From the NCBI RefSeq assembly GCF_009914755.1, contig NC_060926.1: a stretch of 64,000 bases of DNA. The stretch is one strand, 5' to 3'. The DNA comes from the human T2T-CHM13v2.0 reference genome, Homo sapiens. Positions 13,996-29,198 of the stretch are shown one piece after another (positions within the stretch are counted from its first letter, which is position 1; each line of letters begins with the position of its first letter). The translations under genes were made by a program, and so were the position numbers. The notes beneath the pieces were generated by a model that saw nothing but the letters and a program-made list of their open reading frames with translations, searched no databases and was not told the DNA's origin.

Positions 13996-16980
13996 ATACA
14001 GCCTGGAGGGAAAAGGGACATGCATTCAAATTCTGTGACTTTGGGCAAGCACTTTCCTCTCTCTCATCCTCAATTTATTCATGTGGAAAACGAGAAAACA
14101 GTCCCCTTCACAGGTTTGTGGCAGAAATGGGATGAAATCACTGGTAAAGCTCCAGCCCCCAGCACATTCACCACCATGCCCCACCCCAGGTAAGCATGCA
14201 CAGAGAGCAGTGTGGGCGCCTGAAGAGGGTCAGGGTCAGAGGAGTCCAAGTCAGACCACGAAGGACACCTGGGAGGCCAGGGAGGAGGCCAGAGGGGCGC
14301 AGCAGGACCACCCAGCTGCAGCAGCAGCTGCAGGTGTTCAGGTGAGCGGCTCCTACTCCCTCGGTGTCAAGTGGCTGGAACCGCCTCCTTGAGCTCTCCA
14401 GCAACCCTAGAAGGAACACACAGGTGATCAAGCTGCGACAGCTCAGAGCAGTGGCTCAGCGCCTTGGCCTCATGGCCCCAAGTGAAGCCTGAGTGCAGCC
14501 CGGTGCCTTGAGGAAACCTGCCGTGCCCAGCAGCAGCCTCCTCTCTGCTCCTCGGGGAGGGCCAGCTGCGGGCAGCACTCACACCCAGAGCCATCTGGCT
14601 CTGCTGAACTCCCAGCTGCTCTCACATGGGGTCACCCGGCCTGATACCCAGCCACCTCCAGCCCCTGCCTCACCTCTGTGAGATGAAGATGGTGAAGGCC
14701 CGGTGCCCACTGAGGGGTGCCAGAGGTGCCCTGGGGGAGCCTCGCAGCAGCCAGATGAAGCTTGACCACCCATCTCCAGAGCTCAGCCTGGCCCTCCGCA
14801 ACCCCCACCAGGCTCAGCGAGCCCCTCCCCACGGCTAGCCTTGGCCCCTCGGCCTGCTCACGCTCCACCCTGGCTGTCTGTACTTGTCCAGGGCAGGACC
14901 ATTTGCCACAGTGGAAAGGATTTTCAGAGGCAAGCCGCCATCCTTCAACAATATTTATGAGGTTGTCACAAGGTGATACAGAAATATTCACAAATATAAA
15001 AAGCCCTGCCTCCTGATACCTATATTTTACAGTAAGCTCTGGATGCAGACGGTTTTGGTTACACAGAAAAATGATTCTGATATGATTATTAAACTCATTA
15101 AACAACTTTTTCCACATTTATCCACAGATGGGGCCTCAAAGTTCCTCCAAAGAAGGGTTCTCTACAATGTTCAAATCCCCTCCCCACTGTCCACCCCCAC
15201 CCCATGAGGGTCCTCCCAAAGCCCACTCCACTGTGGGGTTGCAGGACAGGAAGGGTGAGAGATGGCGGAGAAGCGGGAACTCCAGCCTGGGCCAGCCAGA
15301 GCCCGAGATGCTGAGCTTCAGATTCTTGCCCTCAGGGCAACGTGGCCCAGGAGGCACATGGAGTGTGGCCAGGAGAAGGGACACCATGCCAAAAAGCAGG
15401 CTACAGCCTTCCCGGGGTCCACAGTGTTCCCAGGTGCTTTTAGCTGTGGACTCCTTTTCCAAATGAAGTCTGAAAAGGAAACACCCCATATCAAACAGGT
15501 GAAAGCAGCACGGGCCTGGATGACGTGGGCGTGGAAGGCTCAGAGCCCTGACTGCCCTCCTGCCAGTCTGGGGACCCCTAAGGCACAGCCTGCAAGTTCC
15601 GCACAGAGAATCCTTCTCCGGCTCCTGAGACCAGGCCCACAGGCATTGTCTGACGCTCTGTGAATTGTGCAGCAGGGTAAGGCCTTTCCAGGAGTGACAG
15701 GCGAGACCCCTGAGGGGTGTTGTAGGTGGCACAGTCCACAGGGCCCCACCAGACCAACTGCTCAGCTCCTCAGCTTTCACTCCTTGGATACCATAGCAGG
15801 TCTGGACCCACGGGGCCTTGGGACCCCCCATGGGGGTGACGTCTTTCCAGCTCAGAGGCACCCCAAGCCCACCTGTGCCACTGAGGCCCACCAGCACCAC
15901 AGGGACAAACTGGGAGTCCTATGCCTTGACCAAAGGGGTATGATCTAAGGATTACAAAGGCAAAAATCCCCTCTCCCATCACCATGTCATAATCTCTGGA
16001 TCCAGCGTAGCTTCTTTCTGTCTCTAATGCTCATCATCACAACTCATCGCATGGTGGGCAGGGACAGGTGGCCAGGGACAGAGGAGGCAGTGCTGCCGTG
16101 GGATGGAGAGGTCTCAGTCTCAGGGGCTCCTGGCCCCAGGTGACACAGGCACTGCTCAGGAAGGGGGCCTCTCCTGCCCCCTGAAGTCCTCCCTCAGGTG
16201 TGATCTCAGTCTCAGTTATCACAGCCAAACACATGCAAACAAACCTCATGCAAAGATGAAGAGAAACAAGAAACCTGGGGAGGCAGGAGCCTGTGGCCTT
16301 GCCAGGGCCTGTTTAATGTGCCTCAGGCAAGCAATGGGAAGCCATGGCTGTCCCAGGCCTGGCCCTGTGGAGATGCCCACTGGAGACGCCCCGTCCTGAT
16401 GCCACCGCTGAGGCAGGCCCCCTCAATTGCCCGGGAATCCCAGACCACATATACCCTCCTTCCTTTGGTTGGAAGGAAACTCCAACTCCACAGGGCAGGT
16501 CCTGGGCTGTGCATGGCATGTGCGGCCCCACCCCTGCACTGACGCTGGGGTCACCTTATGTTCCCTTTGCCCGCATGTGGTGTCTGTCTGTCCATTGAGT
16601 GAGAAGCACCCCCCTACAGGGTGCCTTGGATCCAAGGCATGAGGTCAGTCAGGACCCTGTAGCTGAGCACTGGGAGGAAGTGTGGCATGGGCTGGAGCCC
16701 TGGCTGGGGCCCTGTACTCACAGGTCCTGAGAGGACTGGGAAGGAAGCCCCGAAGGCCCCACTTGTTGTGCTGGGCTGGGTTCTGCCCCCAGGAAGATCT
16801 GAAGGGCCAGGAAAGAAGGGACTGGGCTTGCTCTGTGGCAGGACCAATCCTAACAAGGAAGGCGGTGGGAGAATCCCTGCAGGAGATGGACCAGTATCCC
16901 CAGGAGCAGAGGGAGTCCCACAGGAAGTGTTCAAGCAGAGGGGTCTCCCACAGTGGGATCTGTCTTCCCTCTGCCAGCGA

Positions 16981-17087
16981 GGCAACTGGAATCCGAACAG
17001 GGTGCCCCTTGTCCAACCTTGCAGTAAGTCGTGGCAACTGGAATCAGAACAGGGTGTCACTTGTCCACACCTTGCAGCAAGTTGTGG
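16981..17087. repeat. Imperfect tandem duplication, period about 52 bp
   Basis: GGCAACTGGAATC(C/A)GAACAGGGTG...GTCCA..CCTTGCAG.AAGT at 16981 and 17033. Confidence 0.85.
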
Positions 17088-19914
17088 TCTCTGGCCATCA
17101 CCCAGCCCTCCCCTGGACAGCACGCGGCATGGCTGGGGTCTGCGGTGGACAGACCTGGCCTCCATGGTACTGCCTGGGCAGTCACCAGCTTCTCATAGCC
17201 TCCTGCCCCATCCAGAAAAAGCATAGGGGCCAGTGTGAGGATAACTCGGGGATGTCTGTCATGCCCCATTGCTGTGCCTGGAATACAGGGGAAGCTGAGA
17301 AGACCTCAATCTTCTTTTCTGACCCCCACCGCAGCCGGGTCATTGAGGATCACTCCCCTTCCCAGGCCCCAGCCTCCCTGCCGGAGCTCCCACTCTCTGG
17401 GCACACCCAGCATTCAGCGTCCCCACAGGAAACAGAATTCATCCTGGTTGGCTCAAGTGAAAGGCTGACACTGAGGCATGAGTGGACCCTGGGGGGCCAG
17501 CCACAGTGGGGGCCTCTTACCACCCTCTTACCACGTTACCTTACCACCCGGGGAGGGTCCGGGCAAGTAGCACCAAGAAACGGAGCCCAGCAGGAAGCGG
17601 GCAGGGAAGGAATGCCCATCCTCAACCCCTGCCTGTGCCTCCCACCGGCCAGACCTAGCAGGAAGCCAATGGGCAAGGGAGCCCCAGGGCGTGTGCAGAG
17701 GGTCTCTCCCTAGGGCAGGGCAGGGCAAGGGAGGAGAGAAGCAGGGCAAAGGGGACAGCCCAGCATCCCACAAAGAGCAGCATGGAGGAGGCAGGGACCT
17801 CGGCCCTGCAACCAAGACTGCAGGGCAACCTGAATGAGCTTCAAAGCATATTCATCCCCAGAGCCTGCAGACGCAAACTCAGCCAGCACCCTGATTTCAG
17901 CCTGGCGAGACTGAGCAGAGAGCGCAGATGCATTACATCATCATCCCTCTCACCTATGGAGCGGCGCACTGACAGGCCGCACTGTCCCAGCCTCTACGTT
18001 TGTGGTCAAAGAGCAGCACCTTCCTGAGGCCTGAGGCCTAGCGGGCACGTGAGGTTCGCCACATCATTGTTTCAGGTCAGTCCCGCTGATGGAGGGTCAC
18101 TAACTCCTTCTTACAGGAAGTTAAACTGAAGCAGAGTGGGACAACGACCTACCCCGGGCTCAGTCACCCCAGCCAGGCCAGTCCTGTCTGCAGGAAAGGG
18201 ACAGCACCACAGACAGCAGGGCGCCTTCTCCAAAGGGCACAGTACAGCCCAGGACACATGTAGGGCGGGCCCAGGGTGAGGGCACAGAGGAGGGGCTGAG
18301 GGATGCGCAGGCTGTGCTGGTGGGAAGGGGGCACAGCTGGGCAGGATGCAGCAGGAGTCCGGAGAGCTGGGCGGCAAGAGCAGGAGCGGAGGCCCCGACA
18401 CCGCAGAGGAGACTTGGCGAGGCAGCACCTGGGGTCTCTCCCAAACAAGGCCGAGTCCACTTGTGTGCCCAGAGTTCAGTGGAGTTTTGTTCAGTTGCTC
18501 ATCAAATAAAGTGTGATCTATTTCCACGGGGAAGGAATCAAGTACCGGATAAAGGTCGTTTCCATGCAGTGCCCCTGTTGCCACACGTCCATGTGGCTGT
18601 GTGGGTGTCTGGGTGTGTGCCATGCAGGAAATCTGAGCATGGGTTTGATCATAGGGGTATATGTGTCTCCGTGTGGGCATGTGTGCACATGGATTCATAC
18701 ATGTGTGTTGTCCATTTCTTCGAGCTCTCCAGCTCACTCTGTGGGCATTTACCCCCCTCTGTGCCAAGGGCAGGCTGCAGCAGGGGACGAGCTGGCCCAT
18801 GGCTCTGTTCCTGCAGCCAGACCTCCGTTCCCCATGGTGCCAAGGCCAGCTGAGGCTACGGCCCCAAACTACCAGAGGCCAGTCACAGGACAGCAGGGCG
18901 CATGTGGAGGCTGCACAGGGACACTGGTCATGGGGTGCAAGGCAGAGAGTAAGGTGGGCTCCCTGGTTTTCTTACAGCCATGGTGGGTGGTGCGAGGTGA
19001 CCCAGGCAGACTAGGGTAGCAGAATCTCAGGCTCCAGCACAAGAGATCAAGTGATGTGAAAACTCTGGAAGCCACAAGCTCTCTGGGAATCACCAAAGAC
19101 AGTGGAAGTGCAGCAGGCAGGCCCCATACAGAAGCCGCTTGGGGCAGGGGCCTGACACGCCAGGCCTATACCTCTCACTGTGAGAGCCGGAACACGTGGC
19201 CTCATGTCTGAGCCCCAGCTGTAAACACAGTCAGGACCAAGGGAGAGGGCACCGGAAGAGCACCCAGCCCAGAGCAGACCCCCGACAGAGGCCACTCCTT
19301 CCATTTCCCCTGCCGTCCGGCGAAGGCCTTGACTACCTGTCAGTCCAGACTCCAAGTGGCCTGGAGGCCTCTGGAGGCAGCCCAGGGGTGGGTTCAGGAT
19401 CTCTCTCCCTTATACTCAACCCAACAAGATTGCATAGTAACTTAGAGGAGTCTGGACAGACGGGAATGGCTGCTTTGGGAGTCAAAACCTGGCGTTACAT
19501 CTGCCATTGGAAGCCACATAACTTTGAGGAAATTATCCAATGCCCTGTGCCTCGCTTTCCACGGTGTAAAATGTGGTGCAACAAGCAGGATTTTCCTAAA
19601 CTGACCCTGGGATTCCCTCCAGTTTGCCTGGACAATGAGCCACATGGGACCAGGCACCCCCTGATCCCAGTGGGAGTGGGTTAGCCAAGCTCAGCTTCTT
19701 CCCAGACCACACAGTCTCCAGGGGAGGGGCAGCTGAAGCTCCCAGACAGCTCCTACAAACATTGGGCACCCCAAACCAGACCATGCCGGACGTGTCTGCT
19801 TGAGCCCACTGAGAAGACTGCTCTCACACTTGCCCTGAAGGAGGGAAGTCAGCAGAGCAGGGCCACACACAGCGACACAGCAGTTCTCTGGCCTCAGAGT
19901 GGGAGCAGACATGG

Positions 19915-21032
19915 CAAGACAGGCACAATGACAGACTGAACAACCAGGCACAGTTACAGACACACAGGGCAACCAGGTACAGTGACAGACAGCAGGGCAA
20001 CCAGGCACAGTGACAGACAGCAGGGCAACCAGGCACAGTGACAGACAGGGCAACGAGGCACAGTGACAGACACACAGGGCAACCAGGCACAGTGACAGAC
20101 AGCAGTGAAACCAGGCACAGTGACAGACAGGGCAACCAGGCACAGTGGCAGACACACAGGGCAACTAGGCACAGTGACAGACAGACAGGGCAACCAGGTA
20201 TAGTGACAGACACACAGGGCAACCAGGCACAGTGACAGACAGACAGGGCAACCAGGTACAGTGACAGACACACAGGGCAACCGGGCACAGTGACAGACAC
20301 ACAGGGCAACCGGGCACAGTGACAGACAGACAGGGCAACCGGGCACAGTGACAGACAGACAGGGCAACCGGGCACAGTGACAGACACACACGGCAGCCGG
20401 GCACAGTGACAGACACACACGGCAGCCGGGCACAGTGACAGACACACACGGCAGCCGGGCACAGTGACAGACACACAGGGCAACCGGGCACAGTGACAGA
20501 CACACAGGGCAACCAGGTACAGTGACAGACAGAACAACCAGGCACAGTGACAGACAGGGCAGGCAGACACAGTGGCAGACAGACGGGGCAACCAGGTACA
20601 GTGACAGACAGGGCAGGCAGACACAGTGGCAGACAGACAGGACAACCAGACACAGTGACAGACAGACAGGGCAACCAGGCACAGTGACAGACAGGGCAGG
20701 CAGACACAGTGGCAGACAGACAGGACAACCAGACACAGTGACAGATACACAGGGCAGCCAGGCACAGTGACAAACAGGGCTACCAGGCACAGTGACAGAC
20801 ACACAGGGCAGCCAGGCACAGTGACAGACACACACGGCAGCCAGGCACAGTGACAGACAGGGCAGCCAGGCACAGTGACAGATACACAGGGCAGCCAGGC
20901 ACAGTGACAGAACAATCAGGAACAGTGACAGACAGAACAACCAGACACAGTGACAGAGCAACCAGGTACAGTGACAGACAGAACAAGCAGGCACAATGAC
21001 ACACACACAGGGCAGCCAGGCACAGTAACAGA
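19915..21032. repeat. Minisatellite/VNTR, about 40 units of 25-29 bp, consensus CAGGCACAGTGACAGACACACAGGGCAAC
   Basis: Directly visible tandem array with clustered variant units. Confidence 0.97.
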
Positions 21033-22470
21033 TGGCAGGTCTCACCAGCCTGAAACAGAGCTTAGTCATTCTATCAACAAATGCTCATGGAGCATCTACC
21101 TGTGGCACATTATTCTAGGGCGGTTGGCAGAGCAGGGTATGAAGCAGACAAAAGCTTGTCCCTCACAGAGCTTACATTCTACTAACAGGAGACAGATAAT
21201 AGATTAATTAGCAGACTAGCATATTAGAGCATCTTAAGTTTTGGGTGGAAAATGCAGAGGGGACATTGGCACAGGGAGAGGTGCATATGTAAACCCCCAT
21301 CTACCACCAGGCCTCTCTGTGGACTCACGCACTGAAATAACACCTCTGGGAGCCCTGCTATTACCTGGCCTGCACATCCCACTGTCCAGAGCACAGTCCC
21401 CCATCGTTTCAGAACAAGAAAACTGAGAAGGGTAGGACCTCACCAGATTCTACATTCAGACAAGTGCCAAAGAACACTCTTTCTCATAGGACTCCTCTAA
21501 TTTGGTAGCACATGGAAGCACTCCGATTTCTCAGCCATTCCCCTTCCTATTTATAAATCAGCATCCTAAATGGTGCTGCCTCAGTGAGCTGGTGACAAAT
21601 GCGCTTGAAATGCATTCTCCTGCACACCCATAAAGTTGATTTAATATTTCAATTAATCTTCCCTCTTCCTCTTCCACAATTTATGTGGCTGCTTTTTAAG
21701 CAAGTCTTTCTTGGAGCTTAAATGAGCACAAGCGTAAACATCAGTTAATTTATCTGTTTCACTAGACATAATTTCATATCCCTGAAGCACCTCTCCATCC
21801 CCTTTATGGGCTGGCAGAAGGGCTCCCCTGGCCAGCACATGGAGTGACAGTCTCTAATTGCATTGCCAGTGAGGGCATCTATCGTGTTGTGTCTTGCCCA
21901 CTTTGAGAGGCCATAAATTCAGATGCCCAAGTAAATGAGGAGCAGGTATTCCCCCCACAGAAGAAGACACTGAGCAAGGCAGCCATGGCATGGAGGCTGG
22001 AAGAGACCAAGAGAGTCTTCTGGCAGGAGCAGAGGCAGGCAGCCAACAGCTCTCTCTCTGATGCCATCACCACCCAGCCGGTCTAAAAGGTTCATGTCAG
22101 CCTTTAGCACTGAACTAAGCTCAGCTCAGAGACTTGTTTTGTGTTCTGCAGGGAAAGCATCCAAAATCCGCACCTTAACCACTTTCTAGTATCCTGGTGG
22201 ATACCTTGAGGCAAGGTGTTCATGTAGGTTAATGAGGAGAATTGCATTGCTTATTTCTGGCTTGGTAGGGAAGCATAGGAGGGCAATGCTGGCAGGATAG
22301 GGACCTCGATCATCCTGACAGGCCCACTATATTAGGCGATATGAGCTCTTATTCAAAGTCTGTAACTGAAGTGCTAGTTAGTCTTGGCCAAGCCATTTTC
22401 CCGCTATGGCCTAAGTTTCCTCACATGAATAGAATAAACTGATTTCCAGGTCCTATAAGATGGTGGACTT

Positions 22471-22773
22471 AGCCATGTGCAGTGGCTCATACCTATAATC
22501 CCAGCACTTTAGGAGGCCAAGGTGGGAGGAACACTTGAGGTCAGGAGTTCAAGACCAGCCTGGCCAACATAGTAAAATCCCATTTCTACTAAAAACACAA
22601 AAAATTAGCCAGGCTTGGTGGCATGTGCCTGTAATCCTAGATACTCAGGAGGATGAGGCAGGAGAATTGCTTGAACCCAGGAGACAGAGGTTGCAGTGAG
22701 CCGAGATCACACCACTACACTCCAGCCTGGGCGACAGACTGAGACTCCATCTCAAAAAACAACAACAAAAAAA
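22471..22773 (+). mobile_element. AluS element
   Basis: Full dimer with A-rich tail; TSD AAGATGGTGGACT. Confidence 0.95.
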
Positions 22774-24099
22774 GATGGTGGACTAAAATGACCCCAAACC
22801 TCTTCAAATAGAGACACCAAGAAATACTGGGTTAAGTACAACAAATATTACATGCATAGCTAAGCTCATAAGAAATTTTTTAAAATCTTTGGACAGAAAC
22901 AAAGAAAAAACTAAATTCTACACTCTGAAGTATATAAGCTGCTGCCATGATGCCAATAGTAGAGTGGGAAGGTATTAGTACCAGTTAATTAGAGGGCTAA
23001 GTGTTAACATTTACATAGGACCAGGCAACAAGAATTCAAGAACATAAAGATGGCACAATTTTATAAAAGTACATGCTGTTTTGAAATATATTCAAATATA
23101 ACTTTCTGAAATTAAAAACATAGTTTTTGGATTAATAATCCAAAAAGATGGGTTTAATAGCAAATTATATATGTTTGAAGAAAGAAACAGTAAACAGGAA
23201 GACCTGAAAAACTCAATGAGAATAGAGATCAAGAGATGAAAAATATAAGAGAAAGGTTAAGAAATGTAAGGTAGTGATGTCAATAATATGGTGAAATAGG
23301 AGGTCCCAGTCCTCATCCTCCCATACAAGCACCAACTTAACAATGATATACAAAGCAAAGTACCTTTATGACAAGTCCATAATTTGAAAGAGAGAGCAGC
23401 CACATTGAAATGGGTGACAAGAGCAATTTTATCTAACTAGCATAGCTCAGGGCCTGCAGAAAGTATCTCAGTCCATGACTTCTCCATCAGTGAGAAACGA
23501 AAAGTGAGTGGAGTATATATTTATTGTTCCCAGTATTTTGGGGTGCTGCCCAAGGAATCACTTTCTATCCCACCTCACCCAGAGCTCTGGAAGAACTGGC
23601 ATAATTTAAACACGTGATTGAAGCTAAAAGCAAATTAATGGAGTGGGTAGCTAATTGCAACTAGCATGGCTTTGTAAGACTGGGAGAAAGTGCACAATCC
23701 AGAGACTTCTCTACCAGGAAGGAAGGAGAGGAGTGGAGCATACACATTCTTACACAAGGTTTGAGAAGTTCCTGGAATCTGTAGCCAGGCTGATTGGCAG
23801 AGTTCTTTCCCTCTCAAAGCCAGTCCACAAAGATTGGGAAAGGTGTCTGTGTCTTCAAATGCACAAAACCAAGGCAAAACTACAAGGAACATGAAGAATC
23901 AGGGAAATATGACACAACCAAAAGGAAAAAATTAATATCCAGTAACCAACCCTGAAGAAATGGAGATCTATGAATTGTCTAACAAAGAATTCAAAATAAT
24001 CACCATACAGAATGTCAACGAATTAAGCAAAATCAAGAAAATAATACATGCGCAGATAGCCTGTTCTCTGCTGTGCTGCCTGTTGCACCCTTGCAAGTG

Positions 24100-24318
24100 A
24101 AAGAAAGGAAAGAAAGAAAAAAGAGAAAAGAGGAAGGAAGGAAGGAAGGAAGGAAGGCAGGAAGGAAGGAAGGAAAGAAGGAAGGAAAGAAGGGAGGGAG
24201 GAAAGGAAAGGAAAGAAAGAAAAGAAAGAAAGAAAAAGAAAGAAAGAAGAAAAGAAAAAAAAGAAAAGAGGGAGGGAAGGAGGGAGGGGAGGAAGGAAGG
24301 AAGGAAGGAAGGAAGGGA
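24100..24318. repeat. Purine-only (GGAA/GAAA)n tract
   Basis: About 220 bp of A/G with a single C. Confidence 0.95.
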
Positions 24319-24710
24319 AAACAATGTATGAACAAAATGAAAATTTCCACAAAGAGACAGAGCCATAAAAAAGAACCAAACAGAAATTCTGGAGCTGAAG
24401 AATACATTAACTAAACTGAAAATTCAAGAGAATGTTTCAACATCAGACTTGATCACAGACGAATAAAGAGAAAAAGAATGAAAAAGTTAAGAAAGCCTAA
24501 GGAAATTAAGGGACACCTTCAAGTGAACTAATGTATACATTACAGAAGTCCCAGAAGTGGAGAGAGAGAGACCCAGAAGTGGAGAGAGAGAAATGGGCAG
24601 AAAACTTGTTTAAAGAAATAATGGCTGACAGCCAGGCACAGTGGCTCATGCCTGTAATCCCAGCACTTTGGGAGGCCAAGGCCGGTGGATCACTTAAGGT
24701 CAATAATTCA

Positions 24711-25145
<435 letters not shown>

Positions 25146-26482
25146 TCATGAATCCCAAAGGATCCGAAATAGGAAGAACCCAAAGAAATCTGAGATAAAT
25201 TTATAATCAAATTTTCAAAATTCAAAGACAAAGAGAATTTTGAAAGCAGTAAGGAAAAAGCAACTCATCATATACAAGGGAACCTTTAGGAGACCATCAG
25301 TGGGTCTCTCAGCAGAAACCTAGCAGGTCAGAAAGAAGTAAGGTAATATATTTAAAACATTGAAAGAAAAATGGTGCCCACTGAAAATATTATATCCAGA
25401 AAACTTATCTTTCAAAAATGAACAGGAGATACTCACTGGCAAACAAAAGCTGAAGGAATCCATCACCACTAGATCTGCCTTACAAGAAATGCTTAAAGAA
25501 TCTCTTCAAGTTGAAAAAAAAAGAATGCTAAACAGCAACATAAAGCAAATAAATGCATAAAACTCACTGGAAAAAGCAAATACATAGACAAATACAGAAT
25601 GTTGTAATACTATAAAGGTGGTATAAAAATCACACTTAATTTCAGTACAAAAATTAGACAAAACTATTAGGAATAACTATAACTACAAAAAGTGTGAGTA
25701 GAGACAATATAAATGTATAAATTTCGACATCAAAAACAAAGTATGGGGTGGGGAGAAGTAAACATACAGGGTTTTTAATGCAAGCAAAATTGAGTTGTTA
25801 TCAGCTTAAAATAGACTGTTATAACTATGTTTTATACAAGCCTCATGATAATCATAAAAGAAATACCTATCGAAGATACACAATAGAAAAGAGAAAGGAA
25901 TCAAAACATATCACTACAAAAAAACCAATGAAACACAAAGGCAACAACAGAGAAAAAAAGAAACAAAAGAACCACACAGACTAAAAAATGTTTAACAAAA
26001 TGTCAATAGTAAGTCCTTCCCTAGGATAATTATTTTAAATATAAGTGCAGTAAATATAAGTGCATACAAATACTAAATAAAACAGGGTGGGGATGGACAT
26101 ACTTATAGCAGACAAAATACACTCTAAGCCTAAAACTATCACAAGAGACAAAGAAAGACATTTTAAAATGATAAAAGGATAAATTCATCAGGAAGATATA
26201 ACAATCATAAATATACGCACCCAACATCAGCACATTTAAATATGTAAAGCAAACATTGACAGAAATGAAAAGAAAAATAAACATAAATACAATGATGGTA
26301 GAAAAACTTTAATATTCCCCTGTCAATAATGGATAGAAGACATCCAGACAGAAAATCAATAAGTAAACAGTGCACCTGAACAAAGCTATAGACTTAGAGA
26401 ACCTAACAAACATTTACAGAATATTCCACTCAACAGCTGCAGAGTACATGTTCTTCTCAAGCACACATGGAACATTCTCCAA

Positions 26483-28150
<1,668 letters not shown>

Positions 28151-28499
28151 GAAATTTTTTTTAAAACAACAACAAACCTCTTTAATGGACACATAAATTC
28201 CCTGGGGGTCTGATTGCAATGCAGATTTGGATTAAGGAGTCCGGGTGGGTCCTGAGACCGTGCTCCCCTTGCTTCTCACCTATGGCCACATTTTGAGACG
28301 CAAGGCCACTCGAAGGGCCCCCACCTCTGTGAATCAACCCCTGCTCCATCTGCCCCTATAAATAAGGGAATGCTAAAGCACAGATGGCGGGAGTGGGCGT
28401 GTCCCCAGGTCTGAGCCTGGAGGGGGTGGCCGGCCTCCCCCAGGCATGGAAGTGGAGGGAGAGGGGGCTGTAAACGGGTTACTCTGTCAGCAGACACAG

Positions 28500-28640
28500 A
28501 GGAGACCAAAAACAGTAGCTTTTATTTCACACGAAGCTGAGGAAGGAAGGCGAGAGGACAGCGCTGGCTATCAGAGGGTGCTGCCTGGCAGGTGCACCAC
28601 CTCCAGCTGCTGGGCTCCAGCTCCGGGGCTCAGAAGCCAT
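28500..28640 (-). pseudogene. PLAC9P1: PLAC9-like exon 4 (terminal exon)
   Basis: Acceptor TTTCTTTCAG|ATGGCTTCTGA. Native stop at 28632-28630, followed by a short 3'UTR. Confidence 0.9.
28521..28526 (-). terminator. AATAAA polyadenylation signal of the PLAC9-like transcript
   Basis: TTTATT on the + strand, about 105 nt downstream of the native stop. Confidence 0.8.
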
Positions 28641-29198
28641 CTGAAAGAAAGCAGCGGCCTCCACTGAGCAAGCTGGGGTGCTGCAGGGTACCCGCCCCCG
28701 TGGTGCTCAGCAGTGCCTTCCCTCCCCTCCCCAGCCCCCGGGAACTCCTCCTGCGCCAGGGACACAGGGATCAAGGAGAGAACAGAGTGCAACCCCATCC
28801 CTGCCTGATCAGTGGGGGTGCCCGTCTTCCCTGCGACGGTTTTGGGGTGGAACAGGAGTGGCTCCTCAGGGGGAAATGAAAGGAACTGAGGAGCTCCAGT
28901 CGTGAGAAGGCCAATGAAGCAGGTAGCTTCTCTGCGCCGGGGTTGTGCTGAGATGTCATCTAGGGCCGGCTCTTCCAGAACCTCATTTGACGCTGGGAGG
29001 CAGCGACCGGGTGTGGGGGCGGGGTGGTAGGGGAGGGGAGCAGGGATGATGCGGTCCCGATTCCGTCCCCAGGGGGCGCTGGGACCCTCCCTGCTATCCA
29101 GGCTACACCTGTGCGGCGTAGCAGCCGTCCCCGTCTCGCCTGCACAGCGCCAGATGACAGCAGCCCAGAGGCTGTCCTCTGCCACCTGCACTGCTCAC

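Noticed and set aside
12400-19019. Several 200-340 aa ORFs in the GC-rich unique region (for example 12400-13338 and 16682-17713)
   Set aside because: They overlap on both strands with no recognisable domain, as expected for stop-poor GC-rich DNA.
19915-21032. CRISPR-like appearance of the tandem arrays (also 490-1080)
   Set aside because: Units are contiguous with no unique spacers, there are no cas genes, and the context is primate DNA.
19691-21069. Long Cys-rich minus-strand ORFs (363 and 371 aa) resembling keratin-associated or metallothionein-like proteins
   Set aside because: They are translations of the VNTR. The A-poor strand lacks stops in several frames, and there is no gene structure.
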